Positions 1-14,039 of a DNA stretch of 64,000 nucleotides are shown here, piece by piece; position 1 is the first letter of the stretch; every line of letters begins with the position of its first letter. The DNA comes from Octopus vulgaris (Eukaryota). The translations under genes and the position numbers were made by a program. The DNA is taken from positions 68,820,001-68,884,000 of the forward strand of contig OX597830.1 in assembly GCA_951406725.2 (NCBI GenBank). The letters run 5' to 3'. The notes under the pieces are model-generated. The model had not been told where the DNA came from and did no database searches. It was given only the letters and a program-made list of their open reading frames with translations.

Positions 1-34
1 CCCCCGATTACCTTTTCTCCTAAGACCTTTCACA

Positions 35-186
35 TATTATATGTGCACGCTTGTATATGTGTATCGTATGTATGTATGTATATATGTATAGAAATGCATG
101 GGTACAGTAGGAATATACGCATGTATTATGTGTGTGTGTGTGTATGTATGCATGTAAAAATATATATGTATATATATTTGCATATA

Positions 187-231
<45 letters not shown>

Positions 232-599
232 GCTTGTATGTGTGTGTGTGTGTGTATATGTGTATATGTGTTTGTATGTATATGTGTATATATGTATATG
301 CATATGTATGTGTAAATGTATGTGCTTATGTATGTGTATGTATGTATAAAATATTATATAATTAGGGCTTAGGAAAATAAAATAAATTACTTTGCCACAT
401 ACTTAACTTTCTAGAAATAGCAGCCAATAAAGTTTTTTAGCCTCTTCCACTACTTAGAGAATTTTTTTCCCTCTAACATTGTTTACTCAAAATAATAATG
501 GTCCCTTTACATACTGAACACTTGATGAAATTGATTAATAACTAATTAACTTTACCCTCCCTTGTTGATATATATATACATATGTATATGTGTACATGT

Positions 600-637
<38 letters not shown>

Positions 638-897
638 ATGTGTGTATGTATGTATTTGTATATGTGTGTGTGTATATGTATGTGTGCGCGTGTGTGTGTA
701 TGTATGTGTATGTATACTTGTATATGTATATGCATGAATGTATATATATGTGTGTGTATATGTGTATTATGTATGTATTTATATAGATATGTAGTTTTTA
801 TATATATATATGTATGTATATGCATCTGTCTGTGTGTGTGTATGTGTATATATGTGTATCATTTTTGCGTATGTATACATGTATATGTGTATATGTA

Positions 898-934
<37 letters not shown>

Positions 935-1139
935 GTGTATATATATGTATATATATATATATGCATACGTATGTGTATGTACATGTATATATGTATGTGT
1001 GTATATGTATATATGTTTATATATGTGAGTATGTAGTGATATAAGTATATGCATGTGTATGTATGGGTATGTGTATCAGTGTATATGTATATATGTATGT
1101 GTGTGTGTATGTATATGTATGTATATGTGTATATATGTA

Positions 1140-1174
<35 letters not shown>

Positions 1175-1237
1175 GTGTATATGTGTGTATGTATGTGTAT
1201 GTGTATGTATGTGTATGTATATCTATGTATGTATATA

Positions 1238-1281
<44 letters not shown>

Positions 1282-1415
1282 TGCGTGTGTGTATGTATGC
1301 ATATATGTATGTATGCATGTATATGTGTATGTATATATATGTGTGTAAGTGTGTGCATATATGTATTTGTAAGTATGTGTGCGCGTATGAGTATGTATGT
1401 ATGCTTGCACACGTG

Positions 1416-1448
<33 letters not shown>

Positions 1449-1779
1449 GGATGCGCGTGCGTGTGTGCACGTGTATGGGTACGCATGTATATGTGTATGT
1501 GCGTGTATGCGTATACGTGTATGTATGTATGTGTGTGCGTAGATTTGTATATGTATGTGTGAGTGTGTATATATATATATATATATATATACATATATAT
1601 AGATGGGTGTGTGTATGCGTATAAATGCATGTAAGTATGGATGTATGGATGTATGTATGTATGTATACGTATGTATGTGTGTATGTGTGTATGTATATAT
1701 ATATATGTGTGTATATATGTTTGTGTATGTATATATATGTGTATGTATGTGTGTGTATATGTATGTGTGTATGTGTATG

Positions 1780-1826
<47 letters not shown>

Positions 1827-2724
1827 TATGTATCTGTATGTAGGAGTATATATGTGTGTGTGTGTATGTATATGCGGGTATATATATATATATGTATATT
1901 TATTGGTGTATATGTATAGACTAGCCTCCTAAAGTGTAGACACGAATCTGTAGGTACGAGTACGTATGTGTATATACGTGAACGTATGTAGATGTTTGTA
2001 TGTATGAATATAACGCGTGCGTACGTGTATGTGTATGAGTGTACGAATGGGTGAATGTACGTGCTAATGAGTGTGCGTGCGGGAATGAGTACTTGCCTTC
2101 TAGTAGACAGACAAATGGACATGCAGCCATTGCCAGGATTCTTAGCCCTAGCGATCAAAGATAACAAAAGTAATAAATGAAGATAATAAAATTAAAATTA
2201 GGGAATGGGCCTGTATTGGATTGTATATATATATATGTATATGTATATTTGTATGTATGTATGTGTGTATGTGTAGGTATGTATAGGTACACATGTGTAT
2301 GTGTATGTGTATGTATATATGTGTGTATGTATGTATGTGCACACATGTATATATATGTATGCGTGTATATGTTTATATATATATATGTGTACATAGGTGT
2401 ATGTGGGTGTATGTATATATAGGTGTAAATATGTGTATATAGGGAACTAGGTGTGTTGTGTGTGCATGAGTGTATGTGCGTATGAATATATATTTTTATG
2501 TGTATATATGTATGTGTGGTCGTGGGTATATATATATATATATATATATATACATGTGTGTATGCGTGCATGCATGGGAGTGAGTGTATGCATATATACG
2601 TGTGTGTATGTGTAGACAGGTATAGGCATGTGCATGTGTATAAATTTGTATATGTGGGCGGGTGTATGTATGTGTGTATGTAGATATGTATGTATGTGTG
2701 TACATATGTGTGTGTATATATATG

Positions 2725-2759
<35 letters not shown>

Positions 2760-2825
2760 GTGTGTGTGTATATATATGTGTATGTATGTATGTGTGTGTA
2801 GATACGTATACATGTGTGTATAGGT
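35..2825. repeat. Compound (TA)n/(TG)n/(TATG)n microsatellite field
   Basis: Visible directly; produces the many YIYI/CVCV pseudo-ORFs. Confidence 0.97.
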
Positions 2826-3171
2826 ATAAGTGAGAATCTCCTTATTTACCTATAACTCTATCCCCCCTTTTTTTATATATATTTTTATATATATATTTTA
2901 TATATATATTTTTTTTATATATATTTTTTATATTTTTTATTTTTTATTTTTTTATTTTTTTATTTTTTTATTATTTTTTTATTTTTTATTTTTTTATTTT
3001 TTTATTTTTTTATTTTTTTATTTATCTATTCTTTCATCTAACTTACCACTGACTCCTTGACCACTCCCCCAAGTCTGATATTTTGCGCTATGCCTACCCC
3101 CAAAAAGTCCCCCACCACCACTCCTTTAAACCTGCCTAAATGTATAAATGCTAATACAATTCTTGTTAAAT

Positions 3172-3222
3172 AGCTTCCTGAAGATTTCTCTTGAATGAAA
3201 CAGTACTAGTCCTGTAGAAGCT
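3172..3222 (+). ncRNA. Type I hammerhead ribozyme motif, probably in a Penelope-like terminal repeat remnant
   Basis: Stem I AGCTTC/GAAGCT, core CTGAAGA, stem II TTC-TCTT-GAA with an atypical T.T closing pair, GAAA, stem III ACAG/CTGT, cleavage triplet GTA. Confidence 0.65.
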
Positions 3223-3308
3223 CCTTCTATATAATAAATTAATTTTACTCTGCTATGTATTGAGTACCTTACTTACTGTGGTTAACCCCGAATCAACCCG
3301 GGACCTAC

Positions 3309-3385
<77 letters not shown>

Positions 3386-3964
3386 CACGCATTATATTTA
3401 CAAATTATATATATATATATATGTATAAATTAAATTAGAGATAAAACCACAAATAGGCAAAAAGACAAAAACAAAAACATAAAAATAAAAATATTATATA
3501 GAAAATATATAAAATTGAAAAATTTAAATTATTTAAATTTAAGATAAAAATTATTAAATTGTATTTATAATTTGTTTAAAAATATATATAAATATCAAAA
3601 AGTATTAAAAGGTTTAACATACATAAATACAGATATATACACTTTGTATATTTACATTATATATACATATTTATATATCGAACACACACACACACATATA
3701 TAAATGAACGCAATGAATATCTGATTCATATTTGTTCTCATGATTGTGTGTTGTTGGTGGCAATGATAATTCTCCCTATGAATGCAGGCAGATCGATCAA
3801 AGAACGCCGTTTGACGAACTTATAAAGGAAAAGTGAAAGGGATTTGAAGGGAATACATTAAATAACAGGAGTGGACATTGTCAAAGTTATAGCTGAAGGG
3901 AGCAAGAGGAGAATAGAGGAAATAGCGTGAGTGAGAAAGATGGCTTCTAGCAACCACACCTTTT

Positions 3965-4110
3965 AAGATAGGGATTTCTAACGTAGCCCATAGGCATCGT
4001 CACCTCATTCTACATGCCCCTGTAAATTCTAGAGCGAATCGGACGGGACGTTGTGGCATTGAAAGCGAGCCAAACGGTAAAAATGCATTTCAGTTTTATA
4101 TATATATATA
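3965..4110 (-). mobile_element. Probable 5' end of a non-autonomous Helitron-like element
   Basis: Minus strand begins tatatatataaaactgaaatg..., the same type of start as the Helitron at 26312. Confidence 0.35.
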
Positions 4111-4470
4111 CGTGTTACGATTTAGTCCTTTTGCAACATTGAAATATACCTTCCGGTACTTTTGCCCTGTATGATCATACCCTACTATTATTCATATATT
4201 CGGGTATAATTCTATTTATATTTATTTTCCAGCTGCTAATGCTCTCTGTCAATCAATTCACAGACTGACCATTTCCAAAGATACCCTTTTTATAATCCTT
4301 TTTCTTCCCCTCCCTCTTTCATGTACTTTTTCCTTCTCACCACTTACTTTCTGTCTCTCGTCTACTTTATATTTTAGAGAGTATTTATTTATTTATTTTT
4401 TTATTCATTTATTTATTTCTTATTTGTGTCTTTACTATTTCTCTTAACATGATTTTATTTTTAAATATTT

Positions 4471-4685
4471 TACTCTTTTACTCGCTTACTTGTTTCAGTC
4501 ATTTGACTGCTGCCATGCTGGAGCACTGCCTTTAGTCGAGCAAATCGACACCAGGACTTATTGTTTGTAAGCCTAGTACTTAATCTATCGGGGTCTTTTG
4601 CCGAACCGCTAAGTTACGGTTGTCAAGCGATGTTGGGGGGACAAACACAGATACGCAAACATATACACAAACACATACATATGTA
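4471..4685 (-). mobile_element. SINE family 1 (octopus-type), 3' portion
   Basis: Reverse complement of ...gctccagcatggcagcagtcaaatgactgaaacaagtaa; homologous to the copies at 13075, 33855 and 43595. Confidence 0.85.
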
Positions 4686-6974
4686 TTTACCGTATTTACC
4701 TATTTATATTTAAATGAGAATATCAGAGCAAATCTCTTTATTACATTCGTGAAAACACGTGATTATGCTTCGTAAACAGTTCATCTACAGTTTTATACAA
4801 CGATCGAAGTGTAATTTTAATTCGATTTTAAAATATTTTACTCAGAAAGTAACAACCACACACTTATCCGCACGTAGAGCGGATCACCTTCAGCTAGTAT
4901 ATATATATATATATTGTTTCAGGGAGAAAAAGATAGATCTATACAAATATACACATATACCCAAATAGAAGGTCGCTTAGACACCCAAAGACGAGCACAA
5001 ACAAAATAAAGTGCATACATATATATGCATGTATGTATGCATGTATGTGTGCATGTAGGTAGGTATTTATGTATGTATGAATGCATGTAATATGTATGTA
5101 TCTATGTATGCATGTATGCATGTATGTGTGTATGTATGCATATGCGTGTGTGCATGTATATAGTTAGGTAGATAGGGATCACGGCAAGTACGTGTATACT
5201 TATGAAAATATGTTCAACCTAAACTTTATTGCTAATGACTTTGTTGCTGCATTTCTCGTTCCTAAGGGTTGATGTTACATGGCAACGCCTGGGTATGTTT
5301 AAAATAGGGCAGGGTATTTATGAGAATTTCAACAAACATTTCAAATCGAATACAAACATATTAAATAAATCTGCGTGGTACATGAATTCCGAGAGAGATA
5401 AAGGAGACTGAACGTGGATTTATGCGTGAGAGAATGTGCATATGTGTGAGTGCGTGCCTGTATCTGTATGTGTGTGTGTTTTATTTATATATTTACATGT
5501 CCAAACCTATTATGATATTTGTCATCCTTGTTTCACTTTGCAGCTAACAACCAATGTATCATAGTATTAAAGTGAAAAGGATTTTAAATGCTTATAGCTA
5601 AATCCACACCCTAATATTCCCTTACGTACCTTATCGTGAATATAGTTTAATGCTTCTTTGCTGAAATATCGTTTGCCCAGACAGAAGTTGATTTCTATAC
5701 AAAGATATTTGTGATTATTCATTGAATAAGGAAGAAAAAATAATAATACAACGTGTAGGTTTGTTCAAAATAGAGCAGAACATGATTCATCGATTAATTG
5801 AGAACGTGAGCAAGAATCTCAAATGGAATACAAAGAACTAAATCAAAACTGCATGGTACGTAAATTACGAGCGACAATAAGGATATTGAATGTCGCTGCA
5901 TACTTGTTTGTATGAGCTTCAGTGTGTGTGTGTGTTTGTAAGTGTGTGTGTGTGTGTGCGTGTGTGTGTGTGTGTGTATGTGTGTGTGTATGTGAGTGTT
6001 TGTGTGTCTGATTCATATATTTACCTCCCAAACCCTGTTATGCTATCTGCCCAACTCAAGACATTAGGCGTATATAACGTAATGCAGTAAGATGTTCCCT
6101 GATGATCCGTTGTTGTTAAGAATCCATCCAATGCAGTGTCGCAAAGAACTAGAATAGTGAAACGTAAGTTGGAACGAACAATCTAGCCTTGTGTTTATCG
6201 GAATTTGTCATGCATATATATGCGTGTGTGTGTGTGCTCATGCAGGCGTAAATGTATTCGTAAATATTGACATACAGACTTAACATCGATAATTATTATT
6301 AAGATATTGCTCAGAAATACGTTTTATCGCTGTCGAGCCTGTTGAAGGTTAGAGAGATGAGTAACAGGAAAAGATAATTAACGGAATTATAATTGTTGGA
6401 AGCTGTAGCCACAGGGTATACAATGTTTTGATTAGCAGATATTTCTAATTAAATGAAAGTCTCCGCCACATCACATCGCAATTCGAAGGCAAAGCATTTG
6501 AAATCCAAAAACGAGACATTGATAGGAAATCATTAATAAGCGAAAGATAGAGTGAAGCCCTAGCAGTCTGAAAACATTTTAGGGGTTACTGATTGCATGG
6601 GACATATTTTCAGTTAAATTTAGAAACTTTTCTTTATAACCTTGATAATATGTAGCTGCCCGGTCAATATTGAAAAGAGACAGCAAATCACATACATACA
6701 CACGTGCATATATAGTTACAGAGATATATACATACAAACATACACACATAAATACCTACGTACAAATACATACATACGTACCTATACATACATACATACA
6801 TACATACATACATACATACATACATACATACATACATACATACATAAATGTATGCATTCATGCATATATAATTAAACTGCCATGGTTGCTAGCTGCAAAG
6901 TGAAAGAACGAAGGATTCAGACGTTCTTTTTCAAAATCTCAAAATAATTTTCATACATACATTCATACATAATA

Positions 6975-8885
6975 ATGTTCGTCCTTCGGGTTCGAAGATG
7001 ACCATTGACATCATTTGGTGGATTTGCTGCTATGAGACCGGAGGTGGCTGGTGAGGCCAATCTGGGCAAGGAAGCCCCTCCCACAGGTGGGGCAGAAGTG
7101 GGTAGGGGCTGTGCTATTGGTGCAGGTGGCTCTGGCTTTCCGCATCTGGCGTTTCTGTTCTGCTGACTGAATCCGCGTCTCCTCGGCTGTCTTTGCTCCT
7201 GTGGTGATTGCGCTGCGCCAGGATGAGCGGTCGGCAGCAAGTGTCTCCCAAGTCTCTGTGCCGATGGAGAAGTCTGTGAGAGAAACATTGAGACTGTCCT
7301 TGAAGCGCTTCTTCTGCCCTCCGACTTTGCGTTTGCCCTGGCTGAGTTCACCGTAGAAGAGCTGTTTTGGGATGCGAGTGTCGGACATGCGGGAGACGTG
7401 GCCCGCCCATCTCAGCTGGGCCTTGCGCATGATCATGATGGTGCTAGGGAGATCTGCCTGCTTCAGAACTTCCGTGTCTGGGACTTTGTCCTGCCAGCGG
7501 ATGTGAAGGAGGTTCCGAAGAGACCTGAGGTGGAAGTGGTTTATCTGGCGCTCGTGCCTTCGGTAAGCAGTCCACGTCTCGCAGCCGTATAGTAGGGTGG
7601 TAAGCACGACTGCCCAGTAGACTTTCAGCTTGGTGTTGAGGCTGATTCCTCTCCGCTCCCAGACTTTCTTTCGCGGTCTCCCAAACGCGCTGCTTGCTTT
7701 GGAGATTCTGTTGATGATTTCAGCATCTATGTTGGCATTGCAGGAGAGAGTACTGCCCAGGTAGGTGAAGTTTTCCACCGCTCGTAGGATCCGTCCGTTC
7801 ACCTTTATCTGAGGCTCATGGTATTGTTTGCCGGGGGCTGGCTGAAACATCACTTCGGTTTTCTTGGCACTGATGGTGAGACCGAAGTTGTCACAGGCTG
7901 ATGAGAACCTGTCCATCCCGAGCTGCATCTTCTGCTCATCGATTGCGTTAAGGGCGCAGTCGTCAGCAAAGAGAAAGTCTCTGACGACTGTCTCCCTTAC
8001 CTTTGTGACGGCCTGCAATCTTCTGGAGTTGAAAAGTTTCCCGTCCGTCCTGTACTTGATGTCGATACCGGACTTGCAGTCCCTGAAGGCGTCGGACAGC
8101 ATTGCCGAGAACATGATGCTGAACAGTGTTGGGGCCAGGACACAGCCCTGCCTGACTCCGTTGGTCATGTGGAAGGCTTCAGATGAGCTGCCGTCTTCAA
8201 GGACTCTGGCTGTTATTCCGTCGTGGAACTGGCGGACAATTGCAATAAATTCGCTGGGGCAACCAAATTTTCCCATGACCTTCCAGAGTCCCTCCCGACT
8301 GACTGTATCGAAAGCCCTAGTGAGGTCAACAAAGGTCATGCAGAGGTCAAGGTGCTGCTCCATGCATTTCTCCTGGAGCTGGCGGGCGGCGAATATCATG
8401 TCAGTGGTCCCTCGACCCGCGCGGAAGCCATACTGGCTCTCAGGGAGAAGGCCTTGCTCCAAGTGTTCCAGAAGGCGGTCAAGCAGGACTCGGGCCAGGA
8501 TCTTGCCTGCTATGGACAAGAGGGAGATTCCTCGGTGGTTGTCGCAGGACTGCCGATCTCATTTCCGCTTATAAATGTGGACGATTGTTGCGTCCCGGAA
8601 ATCTTGAGGGAGTTGTTCCCTGTCTCACATCGACTAGAACAGGCTGGTGAGGGGGAACAGCCAGCTCGTGGTTTGTCGGCACCTGGGGGAGTCGTGAGAT
8701 GGCTTCCTCGTTGATCTGGGCTGGTCGGTTGAGCACGATGTTGAAATGCTCCACCGATCTCTCCAGGATCAGCCTCTTGTTAGTCAGGAGTGAGGTTCCA
8801 TCCGAGCTGAGCAGAGGGGTTAATCCAAAGGAGGACTGCGGTCCATAAACAGCTTTCAGCGCCTCGTAGAATTTCTTGGTGTCGA
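6975..8885 (-). mobile_element. RTE (BovB-like) non-LTR retrotransposon, 5'-truncated, relatively young
   Basis: ORF 7011-8519 has FVDLTRAFDTV, GVRQGCVLAP, FADD and a C-terminal C2H2 finger. Upstream there is an in-frame TGA near 8559 and a deletion near 8650. Much more GC-rich than the flanks. Confidence 0.95.
7011..8519 (-). pseudogene. Reverse transcriptase plus C-terminal domain of the RTE element (open 502-codon remnant)
   Basis: RT motifs as above. The start shown in the ORF track is an internal TTG codon. Confidence 0.9.
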
Positions 8886-8889
8886 TTCA

Positions 8890-9385
8890 GGGACAGTTAA
8901 ATTTTCGAGCCCGTGCGGCGTCCATATTATCTTCATGAGGAACCGTTAACATTAAAATCTCCAGCTACAAAGATGAGATCATTATCATTCGTCTTTGAGG
9001 TAGCATGCAGAAGAATATCATAAAAGAGATAATTCTGTTCATTTGGTAGGCCCGCTTGTGGGGATAGGCGGAGATAATTGTAGCTATACCATTCTGCAAG
9101 ACTAGCCTGAGTTTAAGTATTCTGTCGCACACCCTCGCTACCTCTACGGCCTTATCCACCTATGTTTCTGCAAGAAGTATGCCTACATCCCTTATTCAGT
9201 CACTATTACCTTTCCAAAACAGTTTATACCTATGTTCTTTGCCTGTGAGGACTGGCTGAAGCTCCTCTCTATCTTAACTCTTGTACGCAACATACATCAA
9301 CACGTCTCTGTTCAAGCACCTCTGCAATCTCGCTAGACCGGCTTTTCAATGTGCCTACATTTATAGTGCCAACTCTGAAAACTGG
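8890..9385 (-). mobile_element. Degenerate AP-endonuclease region of an older RTE-1-type LINE
   Basis: Translates to RVGTINVGTL, VDVCCVQE, CDRILKLRL..IISAYP and GDFN, with stops. Confidence 0.75.
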
Positions 9386-9662
9386 GAAAGTGATGTGGGA
9401 GATAACGCAAGAAGGAGAGATGTTATTAATATGATTAATTCATTTGTACATATATAAAATATAAGTGTTTGAAATTCTTAATACATGTGCATTATCTATT
9501 GTTGTGTCATTATACCTGAGAATGTAAACTTTCTACTTCTTATGTTCTGTCTAATTACCATGACCAACTCATGCCAGCATGGAACATGGATGTTAAATGA
9601 TGATGATGATGAACCCAAAACTACTTTACTCAGATCCTTCTGAATTGTTTTGTATACATCTG

Positions 9663-9765
<103 letters not shown>

Positions 9766-10212
9766 ATATAATGAACTTAACTACATATAATTTGGTAGAA
9801 AACTGAATTAGGTAGAGTTCATAGAAGTGATTGTGAAACAGTATATTAACCTTAAAATATCATTCACTGTCTGCTTGTCTATAAATAGAGAGAAAAAGGC
9901 ATAGCTATAGTTCACCCTCAAGTCTGAACACTTTTTACTTCTCTACTTTTTTTTTACTGACTGTACCAATTTTGAAATGATATTCTGTATTAGATTCCTC
10001 TTCATTAAAATTAAATTATACTAATTGCTTTTTCTGAAATAAATGAGATATGCTTAAATACGAATTTCATCCTTATTCTCTCTCCAAGTCATCAATATAT
10101 TTACCTCAAAAGATTTTTTTCCATGCAAAATGTTTAAAGATTGTTTTTTAGAATTAGACTCGCTTCATTTGGAACTTTTAGGGAAGTTTAATTATACTAA
10201 ATTGTCTTTCAG

Positions 10213-10401
10213 CCCTTTAGCATTCAAATTATTTTATTAAATATTATGCTTATTTATTAATATTGTTTTGGAGATTTTGATGCAATTGTATATTTTTATA
10301 ATGACATTGTAGAGCAGGTGTGAGAGGCCGTACCTTGCCAGTTTTAACATGAAGCATGTAGGATATTTCAACCAGATACAGCCAGTTTAAATGCTAAATG
10401 G
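10213..10401. mobile_element. Short MITE with piggyBac-like ends
   Basis: Left CCCTTTAGCATT, right AATGCTAAATGG followed by TTAA. Confidence 0.55.
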
Positions 10402-10437
10402 TTAAGAATATCATTCACTCATTGCTGTGGGTGAATA

Positions 10438-10479
<42 letters not shown>

Positions 10480-10485
<6 letters not shown>

Positions 10486-10668
10486 ATCACTGCTTGACAA
10501 TGAGTATTGGATTGTCTTTGCCTCCATGAAATAGCACTTTGGCAAGAGAAATCAACAGGAAAAGTATCTGACTTTAAAATGATCACTGAAGTCAATTCAA
10601 ATACCTAAACTCTTTGAGGCAGAGACCCCAGCATGATCACAGTTCTATGACTGATAAAAGTAAAAGAA
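10480..10668 (+). mobile_element. SINE family 1, decayed 3' portion
   Basis: gcttgacaa...ccagcatgatcacagt..atgactga..agtaaaaga following a (TG)n tract. Confidence 0.6.
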
Positions 10669-11294
10669 TATTCCTATTTCTATAAAGAATGGGCTGGTCA
10701 TGGCTGAACTGCCTCTGCTCAAGGCTCTATTCAAATAGGTTTGATCTGAGCTAACAACAATGATAACTACAGTGACAACTCATGCTAAAAAGAGAGACTC
10801 TAGAAATTGCAGCTAAATTTCTTCCAAATCATACCCAATATATAACAAAAAAGAAGTACATATTACAGTTAGATAATATAGTGTTAGATATGACCCTAAA
10901 AAGGGTAAAGATGATTATAGCTGGGATGCTTTTGATCATAGATCTACTTGATTTAAGTTTAACCTGGAGCTAAACAACAAGGAGTATCGCCGCCACCATC
11001 ACCACTACTGCTATTACTAACACCTCTTATATTACTTCAACCGCTACCACTAACATGTATTATGAATAGCATTTGAGAATGGACTTACGGTCACATCAAG
11101 TACATGCAATAACAATTGTAACAGAGGAAACATAAAGCCGGATATATCTCAATATGTTAGTGTGATGCGTTAATGTATATAAGCTAACAGGCATATTTAC
11201 GTGTTTCAGGTGTTTTTAAAGCTTTCTATTTATTCATTTTATTTCAACGTTTTATTAAGTGTAGAAGATATATATATATACATATGTATGTGTA

Positions 11295-11333
<39 letters not shown>

Positions 11334-11526
11334 ATATATATATACATCCATGTCCTCAGGTGTGAATCTTGGCTGGTGGGGGTGCTTGCCTCCCCTTCAC
11401 AAATATAAGGACACAGGAAATGTGTCAAAGCCGACAGGAAGCGTTCGATGCTTCCTAGGGCTAAACAGCGGTGACGTAATTCCCATACGGGACTGTCACG
11501 TTATGTTGACAGTATACAACCACACA

Positions 11527-11628
<102 letters not shown>

Positions 11629-12333
11629 AGATAAGTTAGATATGGCTGCTATATGGGGTTACCCTGGGTTTCATGTCCATGAAGTGCTTAGTTTTATTGC
11701 GCTTCTTCAGACCCTAGATAGAGATATACACATATACACATGCATATTTATTCCAGAAATATACGATTTGGTATGTGATGTAGAATATGAAATATATGAG
11801 TTTTCTACAATACATATGAAATATAAATGGTAATAGGGTTATAAATTATTAAAAGTTACAGAAATATAACAAATATATAAGGTATCTATCGAAATGTGCG
11901 TGCGTCTTCGTTCTTCTTTCAACTCTACTAAAACTAAGATAATTTTATTAATAAGCTTTAAAGGATAGAAGGATAATGCATTATCTTCTTTTTCTCCCTC
12001 GCATTAGTCTTTCTCTCATCCTTCCATCCTTTATTCTCCTGTATTCCTCTTTTCTTCTTCTTTCTTTCTCTCTCCAGCCACGAAACGATCTCCTAACCAT
12101 AAGCTTAATACTATCTCAGTCCTTTCCCACTATGATCGACATTGGAATCGTCGAGTCACATGCCTCTATGTTAATTTTCATGAGAAACTGTAATTGTTAA
12201 TTTTGACACATTTCGCCTGATGAAAACGGGTTTTTCTTTTGCATGATGTTACAGTTCTGTTCCTCAATAAAAACACATTACAAACAGCTGTAGTGAACCT
12301 TTATCCATCAGTTGTTATTATATATAAATATAA

Positions 12334-12373
<40 letters not shown>

Positions 12374-12442
12374 CTTTATCTATCTATCTATCTATCTATA
12401 TTTATATATATATATATATAGTAGCAGTAGTAGTGGTAACAA

Positions 12443-12506
<64 letters not shown>

Positions 12507-12569
12507 TGGAAGAGGAGGCGGCGGCGGAGGAGGTGGTGGAAGGGGAGGAGGAGTAGGCATCCGTCGAGT

Positions 12570-12925
12570 GCGTTTTTCTTTGGTTGCGAGTTTCTGTTAC
12601 ACCTCCCCTCGCCTATATGACTACTGGACCCAGGCTATGGTGCCCTGGGTCACCTGCCGAGCCATACCACAGAACAAAATCTTCCAGAGGCCTTTTCGAC
12701 ATTTACTTCAGTGTGGACGATCATTTGCGACCTCCTCTCATCTCAGGACATCCAGATCAAGCGACTTCATAACTCCCTTGTAGACGTCCTTGAACCGAAG
12801 ATGAAGTCATTCTCGTGCGCTTGTGTCGGTGGCCAATTCCCGGTACAGGAGGTTTTCGAATCCTTCCGTCCGGTATTCGATGCACGTAACCGAGCCAACG
12901 TAGACGACGCTGCTGGAGTAGGATG
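12570..12925 (-). mobile_element. RTE LINE 3' fragment
   Basis: Minus strand reads QQRRLRWLGYVHRIPDGRI; flanked by (TAG)n and (ATCT)n. Confidence 0.75.
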
Positions 12926-12939
12926 AGATACTCAAGATC

Positions 12940-13020
<81 letters not shown>

Positions 13021-13074
13021 GTCAGTTGATCTGTCTGTCTGTCTATCTATTTGTTCTTTTATTTTCTATTTTTT

Positions 13075-13290
13075 TATTTGCTTCAGTAAATAGACTGAGG
13101 CCATGCTGGGGCACCGCCTTGAAGAACTTTTAGTCAAATATAGCGGCACTAGCACTTATTGTTTAAAGCCTGATACTTACTCTATCGTCCTCTTCAGCCG
13201 AACCGCTAACTTACGGGGACATAAACATATCAGCACCGGTTGTCAAGCGGTGGTGGTGGGGGACAAACATAGACACAAAGACGTGTGTGT
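13075..13290 (-). mobile_element. SINE family 1
   Basis: gccatgctggggcaccgcc...gccgaaccgctaacttacggggac...ggttgtcaagcg, homologous to the 4471 copy. Confidence 0.85.
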
Positions 13291-13729
13291 ATGAGTGTGT
13301 GTAACAGGTTATGATACTGTTAGAGTGTTCAAACTCCGTGAGACAGTGTAATATAAACCATAAGAATCAACATGGTGATGAAAGTTCTTGCGTGCCAGAT
13401 TTATTTTCCTTTGAATTCCGCGTTAGATTAGGTATAGAAAGGTTGTCTGTAGTAGTCGGTTGTTAAATGGTGGTAAAGGGAGAATGACAATGATGAAGCT
13501 CTCGCCACTTTGGTAACATGTATGCCTGTTAGGAAGAGGTGCTTGCTAGAAAGCGATAGGCATAGAACTTATGGAAGCGAAAACGACCGACCCCCGCCAA
13601 TGCTTTGTATTTATACTTGTTGGAAAGCCGAATGTATGGTGGAGAACAATGGAAAGCAGATTTCTGGATAAGAAACCAAAAAACAATAATAAATCTCTGA
13701 ATGAGATGTAAACAGTAACTGCTCGACAT

Positions 13730-13910
13730 CGTAAAGTACACTAGTCATCTTAATATGGCTAACCACTAAGGGTGGGTGTTACTGTAGCACAGAAAGGGCA
13801 CAGAAAGTCTGCCTAAAGCCAGCTGGAGACGATGATCTCCTGGGGATAAAAGCTACAGTAACACCCACCCTTAGTGGTTAGCCATATTGAGATGGCTAGT
13901 ATACTTTACG
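13730..13910. repeat. Fold-back/MITE-like inverted repeat with 59-bp arms and a 63-bp spacer
   Basis: 13730-13788 is the reverse complement of 13852-13910 with 3 mismatches. Confidence 0.92.
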
Positions 13911-14039
13911 AAACCAAAAAACGATTTCTTTCAAATATTTTTTAACTATAGTCACGATTTCGAGAATGACGGTTCTGTATTTCCTTTCTGAACAACCTAC
14001 AAATGAATTTTTTTTATTATGATCACGTGTTCGTGCTGC

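Noticed and set aside
37-3060. Dozens of long ORFs (up to 314 aa) rich in Y/I/H/T/C/V
   Set aside because: They are translations of dinucleotide and tetranucleotide microsatellites that lack stop codons by construction.
7864-8714. + strand ORFs of 236 and 163 aa
   Set aside because: They are antisense shadows of the GC-rich RTE ORF.
9878-9990. TATAAATA with an Inr-like TAGTT about 28 bp downstream, as a promoter for the micro-exon gene
   Set aside because: Such motifs are common in AT-rich DNA, and no convincing exon chain links it to A1.
11210-11270. tgtttcAG acceptor followed by a hydrophobic reading
   Set aside because: No credible donor; it runs into a microsatellite.
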